Positions 25,680-33,686 of a stretch of DNA of 35,825 nt are shown here, one piece after another. Source of the stretch: Fidelibacterota bacterium (lineage in GTDB: Bacteria; Fidelibacterota; UBA2242; JAFGTP01); NCBI GenBank assembly GCA_021735285.1, contig JAIPHI010000002.1:1-35825 (forward strand), in the 5' to 3' direction. The translations under genes were made by a program, and so were the position numbers. The first letter of the stretch is position 1; every line of letters begins with the position of its first letter. The notes beneath the pieces were generated by a model. It saw nothing but the letters and a program-made list of their open reading frames with translations. It searched no databases and was not told where the DNA came from.

Positions 25680-27335
25680 ATGGACTTTGAAATGCATAAT
25701 AAATTAGAGCAGGAACTGACCCGGCAGGATAAGGTATTGAGTAATATTGAGAGAGCGAGATTGAATGTTCTTAGCCTGGAGGATAATGAAGCCTGGGGGG
25801 CTCCCTGTGGAGCTTTAGTTACCTGGCACAGATCAGATTCTACCGGTAGAAGTCCAAAAGATACAGTCATTGTCAGGCGCCAATCCAATGATTCGAAAGT
25901 GGACTGGAATTCTGATTATAATATACCAATTGAGCCTTCCACTTTTGATCTACTTTTTGATGATGCATTACAATTAATTAATAAAAAATCAAAAGTTTAC
26001 AGAACCGATAGATGGGTGGGAGCTGATTCATCCTGGGCTTTACCAATTACAACTATCACAGATAAAGCTTTGTATGCGGCTTTTACCATGAATATGTTTA
26101 GGGAAGGGGTGATGTATAATGGTAATAGTATTTTTGCCCGGAAACCATTTTATATAATTGTACTACCTGATGATAAACTTGAATCAAAAAAATATAAAAG
26201 CCGCTTAAGAAAAAATCCGGAAACAGGTGAAACATCAAAAATGGCAGTTGCGATGGATTTTAAAAGAAGAATGGGGATTATAATAGGTTCTGCATATTTG
26301 GGTAGTGTGAAAAAATTAATTTTTACTATTTATAATTATTATCTTCCTCATCATTCGATATTACCTTTGCATTGCTCGGCGAATGAAGGCAAAAATGGAG
26401 ATACCGTTCTATTGTTGGGCCTTTCAGGAACTGGTAAGACCACTTTATCTGCTGATCCTGAACGAAAATTACTTGGAGATGACGAGCATGGTTGGTCGGA
26501 CAATGGAATCGCTAATTTTGAAAACGGTTGCTATGCTAAGTTAATCGATCTTGATCCTGAAAAGGAGCCGGAAATATATAAGGCCACTTTTCATCAGGAT
26601 GATGTCAAGCAGCAAAATACTATTATTGAAAATGCCATGATGTATCCTGATGGCACTTTTGATCTGACTGACGATAGGTTAACACCTAATTCAAGAGCTT
26701 CCTATCCTCTTAGCTCACTTGAAAATGTCAAAACTGAGCCGGTAGGCGATCATCCTAAAACGATACTTTTCTTAACTGCCGATGCTAACGGGGTAATTCC
26801 CCCCATAGCACGTCTGGATCAGAATCAGGCAATGCTGTGGTTTCTTCTGGGATATACCAGTAAAGTACCGGGAACTGAAACTGAAATCCAACATCCGAAA
26901 ACAACTTTTAGTCGTTTCTTTGGCGCCCCTTTTATGCCCTGCAATCCATCCCAATACACAACTTTGCTGGGGCGGAAAATGAAAAAATATGGAACTGATA
27001 TTTATCTGATCAACACAGGCTGGACTAATGGCCCCTATGGAACAGGCCATAGAATAGATATCAATAAAACGAGAGTGATGGTTAATGCAGCCATAAATGG
27101 TCTTCTGAAGGATGTTGAATATGAACAGGATCCTATATTTAAGGTCTATATTCCTAAAAGTTGTCCGGGGCTTGAAGATAATAGGATTTTGTTTCCCAAA
27201 AAAAACTGGCATGACAAAACCGAATTTATGAATAGGGCAAAGAAACTGGCTTCTGAATTTGCCGAGCATCTGGAGAATGATTACAAGGAAAGTAAAATTA
27301 CGGAAAAAGTTAGAGCTGTTTGTCCCGGCATATGA
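25680..27335 (+). CDS. pckA: Phosphoenolpyruvate carboxykinase (ATP)
   Basis: 551 aa. It has the kinase-1a loop GLSGTGKTTLS, DDEHGW, and NTGWTGG-like NTGWTNGPYG. GAGGA SD. Confidence 0.95.
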   Translation: MDFEMHNKLEQELTRQDKVLSNIERARLNVLSLEDNEAWGAPCGALVTWHRSDSTGRSPKDTVIVRRQSNDSKVDWNSDYNIPIEPSTFDLLFDDALQLINKKSKVYRTDRWVGADSSWALPITTITDKALYAAFTMNMFREGVMYNGNSIFARKPFYIIVLPDDKLESKKYKSRLRKNPETGETSKMAVAMDFKRRMGIIIGSAYLGSVKKLIFTIYNYYLPHHSILPLHCSANEGKNGDTVLLLGLSGTGKTTLSADPERKLLGDDEHGWSDNGIANFENGCYAKLIDLDPEKEPEIYKATFHQDDVKQQNTIIENAMMYPDGTFDLTDDRLTPNSRASYPLSSLENVKTEPVGDHPKTILFLTADANGVIPPIARLDQNQAMLWFLLGYTSKVPGTETEIQHPKTTFSRFFGAPFMPCNPSQYTTLLGRKMKKYGTDIYLINTGWTNGPYGTGHRIDINKTRVMVNAAINGLLKDVEYEQDPIFKVYIPKSCPGLEDNRILFPKKNWHDKTEFMNRAKKLASEFAEHLENDYKESKITEKVRAVCPGI

Positions 27336-27371
27336 TATAATATTTTGTCAGTGCTCCACGGTTTTTAGTTT

Positions 27372-28376
27372 TTATTTTTCTGGATAAAATCCCGATTCTG
27401 TTACAATCTCACTAATTAATTTGTTGGGAGTTACATCAAAAGCTGGTGAAATCGTAGAGCAATTTTTAGGCGCGGTTTGTGTATTTCTGAAATTAGATAT
27501 TTCCCTACCACTTCTGAACTCAATTGGAATTTCTTTTCCACTTTTAAGATTTAGATCGATAGTTGAAGATGGTGCTGCTACATAGAAAGGAATGTTGTGA
27601 TAATCTGCGAGCACTGCCAGTGAGTAAGTACCGATTTTATTAGCCGCATCACCATTTTTAGTAATACGATCAGCCCCTACGATAACCAGGTCAATATTTT
27701 CATGAGCCATTAAATATCCTGCCATACTATCTGTATTCAAAGTACAGGGAATATTTTCATGCTCAAGTTCCCACATTGTCAAACGGGCTCCCTGCAATAG
27801 GGGACGGGTTTCATCCACAAAGACTTTAATATCTTTATTTTGTTTATGAGCGGTGATGATCACTCCCAACGCAGTACCAAGACCTCCGGTTGCCAGTCCG
27901 CCCGTATTACAATGGGTTAATATCTGGGCTTTTTGGGGTATAATCTCTGCTCCATTTTTGCCAATTTTTTGGCAGGAAATGATATCCTCTTCATGAATTT
28001 TTTGAGCCTCTTTGGTAAGTATTTTTATTATTTTTTTATTATTGAGATTCTCATTTTCCCGGGCGATTTGCTTCATTCTTTTTAAGGCCCATTCCAGGTT
28101 GACAGCTGTCGGTCTGGTATTTAACAAAATATCAGAGATGGCGTCAAGTTTTTTGAAAAATTCTACTTTTGATAAATCTCTAAACTGTCTTAAACCTACC
28201 ACCAAACCAAAGGCGGCTGCAATACCAATGGCAGGGGCTCCTCTTATTGACAATCTCTTTATAGCTTCGGCCATTTCTTGATGATCGTTGATCTCAATCA
28301 GTTGATACTGTTCGGGTAATTTTGTTTGGTCCACTATTTTTAGAGTATCAGCTTCCCAGAATAAGGGCTTGATCAT
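27372..28376 (-). CDS. mtnA: eIF2B-like sugar-phosphate isomerase, MtnA-type (S-methyl-5-thioribose-1-phosphate isomerase, or the closely related ribose-1,5-bisphosphate isomerase)
   Basis: It has DQTKLP, IRGAPAIGIAAAFG, an active-site Cys in LTHCNTGGLAT and an Asp in VGADRITKNGDAANKIGTY. I move the start to the ATG at 28374-28376 (MIKPLFWE...), which has AGGTG 6 nt upstream. The ORF-track start is a GTG without an SD. Confidence 0.8.
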   Translation of the reverse strand: MIKPLFWEADTLKIVDQTKLPEQYQLIEINDHQEMAEAIKRLSIRGAPAIGIAAAFGLVVGLRQFRDLSKVEFFKKLDAISDILLNTRPTAVNLEWALKRMKQIARENENLNNKKIIKILTKEAQKIHEEDIISCQKIGKNGAEIIPQKAQILTHCNTGGLATGGLGTALGVIITAHKQNKDIKVFVDETRPLLQGARLTMWELEHENIPCTLNTDSMAGYLMAHENIDLVIVGADRITKNGDAANKIGTYSLAVLADYHNIPFYVAAPSSTIDLNLKSGKEIPIEFRSGREISNFRNTQTAPKNCSTISPAFDVTPNKLISEIVTESGFYPEK

Positions 28377-28418
28377 TGTAAGCACCTATTAAAGTTAAAT
28401 TAAAAATATTATAATTAT

Positions 28419-29348
28419 CTAAATCTTTACCATTTGTCGTAATGTCGTATATCTATTTTCAATTTCCTTATTATTGATTGCCAGGAGTTTATCTACACTA
28501 AAATCCTGGACACCAAAGGACCCCATAATATTCCCATAGACCAGTGCTTTTTTCATATTTTTGAAGCTGAGTTCTTCGGTTTTTGCAAGATAGCCCATAA
28601 ATCCTCCTGCAAAACAATCGCCGGCTCCAGTAGGGTCAACGGTAAAAGGCACAGGAAAAGTAGGAGAAAAGAAGAGAGCGTGCTCAGGAGTTTGAGGATC
28701 AGAGGAATAGCTTAGATAGGCTCCGTATTCACCCATTTTTATAATAATATATTCTAGATCTAATTCCTGATGAAGATAGCTGATACCTTTCATTAAGTTA
28801 TCTATACCTGTCAGATCAGCCAATTCAGTCTGATTTATTGTCAGGAGATCAATTTGTTTGATAACTTCCAGAAGCTCTTCTTTTTGCTCATTGATCCAGA
28901 GATTCATAGTATCTAGAGCGATAAAATCGGGTGTCTCAATTTGCTTTAGTACATCCAGTTGTAAACCGGGTTGAATATTACCCAGAAAAAGATAGGGCGT
29001 CTTTTTGAAATTTTTCGGAATTTGAGGTGAGAAGTTTTCAAAAACATTCAGATGAGTATAGAGCGTGTCCCGGCCATTCATATCCTCGTGATATTTTCCT
29101 CCCCATTTGAAAGTTTTGCCTTTTTCTAATTGTAAACCTTCGGTGTCTATATTGTGAGTTTTCATCTGTTCTATTGTTTCTGCTGGAAAATCATAACCTG
29201 CCACACCAACTATTCTAATATTACTGAAAAATGATCCGGCAAAGGAAAAATATACTGCCGAACCACCGACTACATCATTTCTACTGCTGGACAAAGTTTC
29301 TATATCATCAAGTGCAACAGAACCTACTACAAGAACTGGTTTTGTCAT
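28419..29348 (-). CDS. PfkB/ribokinase-family sugar or sugar-phosphate kinase
   Basis: 309 aa. It has an N-terminal GG motif (VVGGSAVYFS) and the C-terminal anion-hole/catalytic motif DPTGAGDCFAGGF. A GGAGA SD is present. The stop lies 42 nt before the isomerase start. Confidence 0.85.
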   Translation of the reverse strand: MTKPVLVVGSVALDDIETLSSSRNDVVGGSAVYFSFAGSFFSNIRIVGVAGYDFPAETIEQMKTHNIDTEGLQLEKGKTFKWGGKYHEDMNGRDTLYTHLNVFENFSPQIPKNFKKTPYLFLGNIQPGLQLDVLKQIETPDFIALDTMNLWINEQKEELLEVIKQIDLLTINQTELADLTGIDNLMKGISYLHQELDLEYIIIKMGEYGAYLSYSSDPQTPEHALFFSPTFPVPFTVDPTGAGDCFAGGFMGYLAKTEELSFKNMKKALVYGNIMGSFGVQDFSVDKLLAINNKEIENRYTTLRQMVKI

Positions 29349-29443
29349 TCAATTTCTCCAAGTTTGATGTTAAAAAAGCAATAAAAACTACAAAATTCCT
29401 GAATAGTTTTCAATATACTTTATTTTTACTTAATTTATTCCCT

Positions 29444-29950
29444 ATGAAGTATAATTATTGTTATAAATGTGGGCACAAAACCAGGGGAATTACCAGGGAT
29501 GGTAGAAAACGGGATTATTGCCCAAATTGCCAGATAGTTCTTTATGATAATCCTATCCCTTCTGTAGCCATATGTACTCGAGATCAGAAGGGTAGAATTT
29601 TGCTTGTAAAAAGAGCTGTAGAACCGGAAAAAGGGAAATGGTGCTTACCGGGCGGCTTTATTGAAAGAGGAGAAACAACTCAGGAGACAGCTCTGCGGGA
29701 GCTTGAAGAAGAAACAGCTCTGGAAGGCCGGTCTCCTGAACTATTGGGCATAGAAACACATCTGAATGGTTATTTTGGTGATATATTGTTAATAGGTTAT
29801 ACCATTACTCTGGATAATTATGAAATCCGGGCGGGAGACGATGCAGCAGCCGCTAAGTTTTTCAATTTTAATGAAATGCCATCCGTTGTTTTTCAGGCCC
29901 ATAGAAATTTTATAAAAATTTATAAGGAAAGGTTTCAGGATCAAGATTAA
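29444..29950 (+). CDS. NUDIX hydrolase with an N-terminal zinc ribbon
   Basis: I truncate the ORF-track ORF (from 29231) to the ATG at 29444 (MKYNYCYKCGH...CPNC). The extension would overlap the divergent kinase gene. The Nudix box is GGFIERGETTQETALRELEEETAL. No obvious SD. Confidence 0.85.
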   Translation: MKYNYCYKCGHKTRGITRDGRKRDYCPNCQIVLYDNPIPSVAICTRDQKGRILLVKRAVEPEKGKWCLPGGFIERGETTQETALRELEEETALEGRSPELLGIETHLNGYFGDILLIGYTITLDNYEIRAGDDAAAAKFFNFNEMPSVVFQAHRNFIKIYKERFQDQD

Positions 29951-29961
29951 ATAGAGGCATT

Positions 29962-31041
29962 ATGGCGGAAAGAGTATTACTCGGAATGAGTGGAGGGATA
30001 GATAGTAGTGCGGCAGCCAGTCTTCTAAAAGAGCAAGGCTATGAGCCAATCGGCGCGACCTTTGTAATTTCACCTTATTCCGAAAAGAGATTATTTCATA
30101 AAGGAGCCCAAAAAGCCAGCGAAGTGTGTCAGAAACTCGGTATTGAACATATTACTCTGGAGATTGATGATTTCGAAGATGAAGTAGTGAAGCCTTTTGT
30201 AGAATCCTATCTAAATGGAGAAACTCCTAATCCGTGCATAATTTGCAATCGTCGCATTAAATTCAAACATCTCTTTCGAGAAGCAGAGAAGCGGAATATA
30301 GTAAAGATTGCAACAGGACATTATGCCAGGGTAGCCTACAATTCTAAAACCGATCGTTTTGAATTATTCAAAGGAATCGATAGCTCTAAAGATCAATCCT
30401 ATTTTTTATGGCAATTGCCTCAGAAGTATCTCAGTAAAATTGTATTTCCTCTCGGTAATATTACTAAATTTGAAGTGAGTAAATATATTGATAAAAATGG
30501 TCTAATCGACAGGGAAACTGGGGAGAGCCAGGATATATGTTTTATACCTAAAGGTGATTATAGGAATTTTTTGGAGAAGTACAAACCTCAAGTTGTCGAA
30601 AATATGAAAAAGGGTAAAATTGTCAATCCCGATGGTCAGGTTTTGTCTAATCATAATGGATTTTACAATTTTACTATTGGTCAGAGGAAAGGCTTTCATG
30701 TTGATTCCCCTGGCAAGTATTATGTGAAATCCATAGACCCTCACCACAACCGGATTACAGTCACGCCTAACAAGGATTTATTTTCAGAAACTATGGTGAT
30801 TAAGGATTGCAATTGGGTCAGTCAAAAAGAGCAGGATAAAATTGAAGGAACATTAAAACCTCGCTACAGAAGTAAAGGTGCAAAATGCCTTGCTATCAGA
30901 TTAAATAAGGGGAATTATAAAATCGAATTTCAGAAGAAGCAAAGAGCGCTTACTCCGGGCCAGTCAGCAGTCCTTTATCGAGGAGAAAAAGTTGTTTTTG
31001 GGGGGATAATATCAAAAAATAAAGGAAAATTAGATGGATAA
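29962..31041 (+). CDS. mnmA: tRNA 2-thiouridine(34) synthase
   Basis: 359 aa. It has the PP-loop GMSGGIDSS, NPCIICNRRIKF and DQSYFL motifs. Confidence 0.95.
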   Translation: MAERVLLGMSGGIDSSAAASLLKEQGYEPIGATFVISPYSEKRLFHKGAQKASEVCQKLGIEHITLEIDDFEDEVVKPFVESYLNGETPNPCIICNRRIKFKHLFREAEKRNIVKIATGHYARVAYNSKTDRFELFKGIDSSKDQSYFLWQLPQKYLSKIVFPLGNITKFEVSKYIDKNGLIDRETGESQDICFIPKGDYRNFLEKYKPQVVENMKKGKIVNPDGQVLSNHNGFYNFTIGQRKGFHVDSPGKYYVKSIDPHHNRITVTPNKDLFSETMVIKDCNWVSQKEQDKIEGTLKPRYRSKGAKCLAIRLNKGNYKIEFQKKQRALTPGQSAVLYRGEKVVFGGIISKNKGKLDG

Positions 31042-31831
31042 AGTAACTGTCAACACATTTATTAAAATGAAGCAAAAGGGCGAAAAAATTTCAGCTTTAA
31101 CTGCTTATGATTATACAATGGCTAGTTTAATGGATCAGGCGGGATTGGATCTGATTTTAATCGGTGATTCTTGTGGCAATGTAATAGCCGGTCATGATAC
31201 GACAATTCCAGTCACAATGGAGGAGATAATTTATCATACTCGATCAGTGAGACGGGGTGTTGACCGTGCTTTTGTGGTTGCTGATATGCCCTATATGTCT
31301 TTTCAGGAAAGCTCTGAGAAAGCTATTCACAATGCCGGGGAATTGATGCAAAAAGGACGGGCTGAGGCAGTTAAACTGGAAGGAGGGCAGCATATAACAA
31401 GAACAGTTGAGAAAATAACACAAATTGGCATACCTGTACTTGGTCACCTGGGTCTTACTCCCCAAAGTGTGTATGCTTTTGGTGGTTTCAAAGTCCAGGG
31501 CCGAGAAACGAAACAGGCTGAAAAATTGAAAGAAGATGCTCTCGCATTACAGGAAGCCGGAGCATTTGCTATTGTACTTGAGAAGATTCCTGCTGAATTG
31601 GCCGGTGAAATAACGCAATCACTAGAAATTCCGACAATTGGGATTGGAGCCGGTCCTCAATGTGATGGCCAGATCCTCGTTTCCTATGATATGCTGGGCC
31701 TGAATGAAAAATTCAATCCAAAATTTTTACGAAAATATGCTAATTTGAATGAAGTGATAAAAACGGCTGTTGATAAATATTCCGATGATGTGAAGTCCGG
31801 TCAGTATCCTTCTGATGAAGAGTCATATTAG
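31034..31831 (+). CDS. panB: 3-methyl-2-oxobutanoate hydroxymethyltransferase
   Basis: 265 aa. The motifs LTAYDY, LIGDS, VVADMPYMS, VKLEGG and GHLGLTPQS are canonical PanB. It overlaps the mnmA stop by 8 nt and has an AAAGGA SD. Confidence 0.95.
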   Translation: MDKVTVNTFIKMKQKGEKISALTAYDYTMASLMDQAGLDLILIGDSCGNVIAGHDTTIPVTMEEIIYHTRSVRRGVDRAFVVADMPYMSFQESSEKAIHNAGELMQKGRAEAVKLEGGQHITRTVEKITQIGIPVLGHLGLTPQSVYAFGGFKVQGRETKQAEKLKEDALALQEAGAFAIVLEKIPAELAGEITQSLEIPTIGIGAGPQCDGQILVSYDMLGLNEKFNPKFLRKYANLNEVIKTAVDKYSDDVKSGQYPSDEESY

Positions 31832-31849
31832 ATTTTACCCTTTTGGAGT

Positions 31850-31868
31850 GCATTAACTGGGTTAATGC
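31850..31868 (+). terminator. Short hairpin after panB (possible weak terminator)
   Basis: GCATTAAC-TGG-GTTAATGC is a perfect 8-bp stem followed by TTATTTTA. It lies 18 nt after the panB stop. Confidence 0.4.
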
Positions 31869-32125
31869 TTATTTTACAAGGTGAACTTCAATATTAACAA
31901 TGCAATTACTTATATTATTCAAAATGATCTATTAATAAATCGCTTAAACTATAATTCAATAATATTGTATTAATGAACATAAGAATGGTGTTTTTTTGAT
32001 AATTTTACTTGTATAATATTTAAAAACCGGCGAGGCTAATTAATCGAAATTTTCATTATTCACAAATATTATGGCTTTTAAAGTGGACTCATTAATCTAA
32101 AATTATATTTGATAAAGGTGTTATA

Positions 32126-32968
32126 ATGGATATAATCAAGACTATTCCTGAAATACGATCAATTTTAAGAAAACATAGAAGGGCAGATGAGACAATAGGA
32201 TTTGTGCCGACCATGGGTTATTTCCATGAAGGTCATCTGTCTCTGATGGATATTGCCCGGGAAAAATCAGATATTTTGGTAATTAGTATATTCGTTAATC
32301 CTACTCAGTTCGGTCCTGATGAGGACCTGGAGCGCTATCCCCGTGATCTCGAACATGATGCAAGGCTGGCGGAGGAAAGAGGAGTGGATTATATTTTCCA
32401 TCCGGATGTGGATGAAATGTATTCGCCGAATTTTTCAACCTATGTGAAGAATCTAGAACTTTCTAATCTTTTATGCGGAGCAACACGGGATAATCATTTT
32501 CGAGGTGTAACTACGATCGTAAGTAAATTGTTTAATATTATTAATCCGGACCTGGCGGTTTTCGGACAAAAAGACCATCAACAGGCAATTATAATTAAGC
32601 GCATGGTAGAGGATCTGAATTTCCCTGTAGAAATTGTTTTAGGTGATATTATTCGGGAAGCTGATGGCCTGGCCAAAAGTTCCCGCAATACTTATCTCAA
32701 TGGCAGGGAACGGGAACAGGCGCCTATCATCTATCAGGCTCTCAAGGAAGCCAAAAAAATGGTAGAGGAAGGGGAAAGGTCCGCTGGTAAGGTTAAGAAA
32801 TATATCAGGGATAAGATCGATTCTGTTGAATTGTCGGAAATAGAATATGTTGAAATTGTGGAGGATACAATGCTTGGATCCGTGGATAAAATCAGCAGAG
32901 GAAATTTTGCAGCTGTGGCTGTCTGGTTCGGTGATACCAGATTGATTGATAATATCATTTTACTGTGA
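32126..32968 (+). CDS. panC: Pantoate--beta-alanine ligase
   Basis: 280 aa. It has PTMGYFHEGHLSLM (HxGH), FVNPTQFGP and FGQKDHQQ motifs. AAAGGTG SD. Confidence 0.95.
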   Translation: MDIIKTIPEIRSILRKHRRADETIGFVPTMGYFHEGHLSLMDIAREKSDILVISIFVNPTQFGPDEDLERYPRDLEHDARLAEERGVDYIFHPDVDEMYSPNFSTYVKNLELSNLLCGATRDNHFRGVTTIVSKLFNIINPDLAVFGQKDHQQAIIIKRMVEDLNFPVEIVLGDIIREADGLAKSSRNTYLNGREREQAPIIYQALKEAKKMVEEGERSAGKVKKYIRDKIDSVELSEIEYVEIVEDTMLGSVDKISRGNFAAVAVWFGDTRLIDNIILL

Positions 32969-33126
32969 AATTTGAAATATGTTCTTTGAGTTGAAATGCT
33001 CTTCATACCTCATATCAACTGGAGAATATTTTTTAACCATCTCACTCCAAGATCTTCAAGCCACATTCAATTATAATGCCGGTTGAAAAATGACAAAAAG
33101 ATGAATTTATATTGGTTTAGATGTAG

Positions 33127-33152
33127 CACAACTATCCTTAGTTGTGTTTTTT
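33127..33152 (+). terminator. Rho-independent terminator (panC transcript, or end of a short independent RNA)
   Basis: CACAACTA-TCCT-TAGTTGTG is a perfect 8-bp stem followed by TTTTTT. It lies 159 nt after the panC stop. Confidence 0.65.
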
Positions 33153-33186
33153 ACCGAAGCCCTCAATGGGCTGAGGAAAAAAATAC

Positions 33187-33228
33187 GGAAACCGGAAACA
33201 GGAAACCGGAAAATGGGGGCAGGGAAAC
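33187..33228. repeat. Heptad tandem array (GGAAACN) x4 plus a fifth GGGAAAC copy
   Basis: The sequence reads cGGAAACcGGAAACaGGAAACcGGAAAAtgggggcaGGGAAACa. Copies start at 33187, 33194, 33201 and 33208 (exact 7-nt period) and at 33222. Confidence 0.85.
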
Positions 33229-33686
33229 ATTTTTTGATTTATCGGCTTTGATTTTTGAAGATAGATATAGTCTTTTTTAAATTATCAAGTTAGCAATGGA
33301 ACCTCTCCATTTTTTTGGCCAATTTCAACTAAGAATAATTTAACACCCTAATAGATTCTTGTTTTTTAAACAAATAAATTTTACTTTGTTTAGTGATATT
33401 AATCCGGCTTATTTATGGAGACCCTGCTTGTCTGATTAAATATGCTTAATAATGAGAGGATAATATTATTAAACAGATAGACATTGGATAAGAAAAATTA
33501 ACACCCAATCCGGATAATCCGGTATTTATTAAATATGATATTGTGAAATATGCTAGATATTGCTATCTTTATTATGAATGGTTCAAGAATAATAATAGCA
33601 GGGTTCTATTATTGGATTTATCAGGGCTAGCAGATTAGTTTAAAACGAATGTTTGATACAAGTGTTTAACATTTTAAATTGGGGGA

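Noticed and set aside
29231-29443. N-terminal 71-codon extension of the NUDIX ORF
   Set aside because: The extension overlaps the 5' end of the divergent PfkB kinase gene on the opposite strand and has no protein-like features. The zinc-ribbon motif begins right at the ATG at 29444.
31832-32125. 294-bp spacer splitting panB and panC, as a possible riboswitch or small gene
   Set aside because: Apart from one 8-bp hairpin (31850-31868), the spacer is featureless AT-rich DNA. The only ATG-initiated ORF I noticed there is about 10 codons long, and I recognise no conserved riboswitch core. It is most simply a terminator plus a separate panC promoter.
33072-33152. Possible ~75-nt sRNA running from a TATAAT hexamer (33072-33077) to the terminator at 33127-33152
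   Set aside because: There is no acceptable -35 element at 16-18 nt spacing. The terminator is equally well explained as the panC terminator. No evidence for it exists beyond a single hexamer in AT-rich DNA.
33083-33280. 65-aa plus-strand ORF in the panC-GH127 gap
   Set aside because: It starts at TTG with no SD. It reads straight through a strong terminator hairpin (33127-33152) and the GGAAAC repeat, which alone produces its odd TETGNRKPENGG stretch. It has no recognisable fold or motif. I treat it as non-coding.
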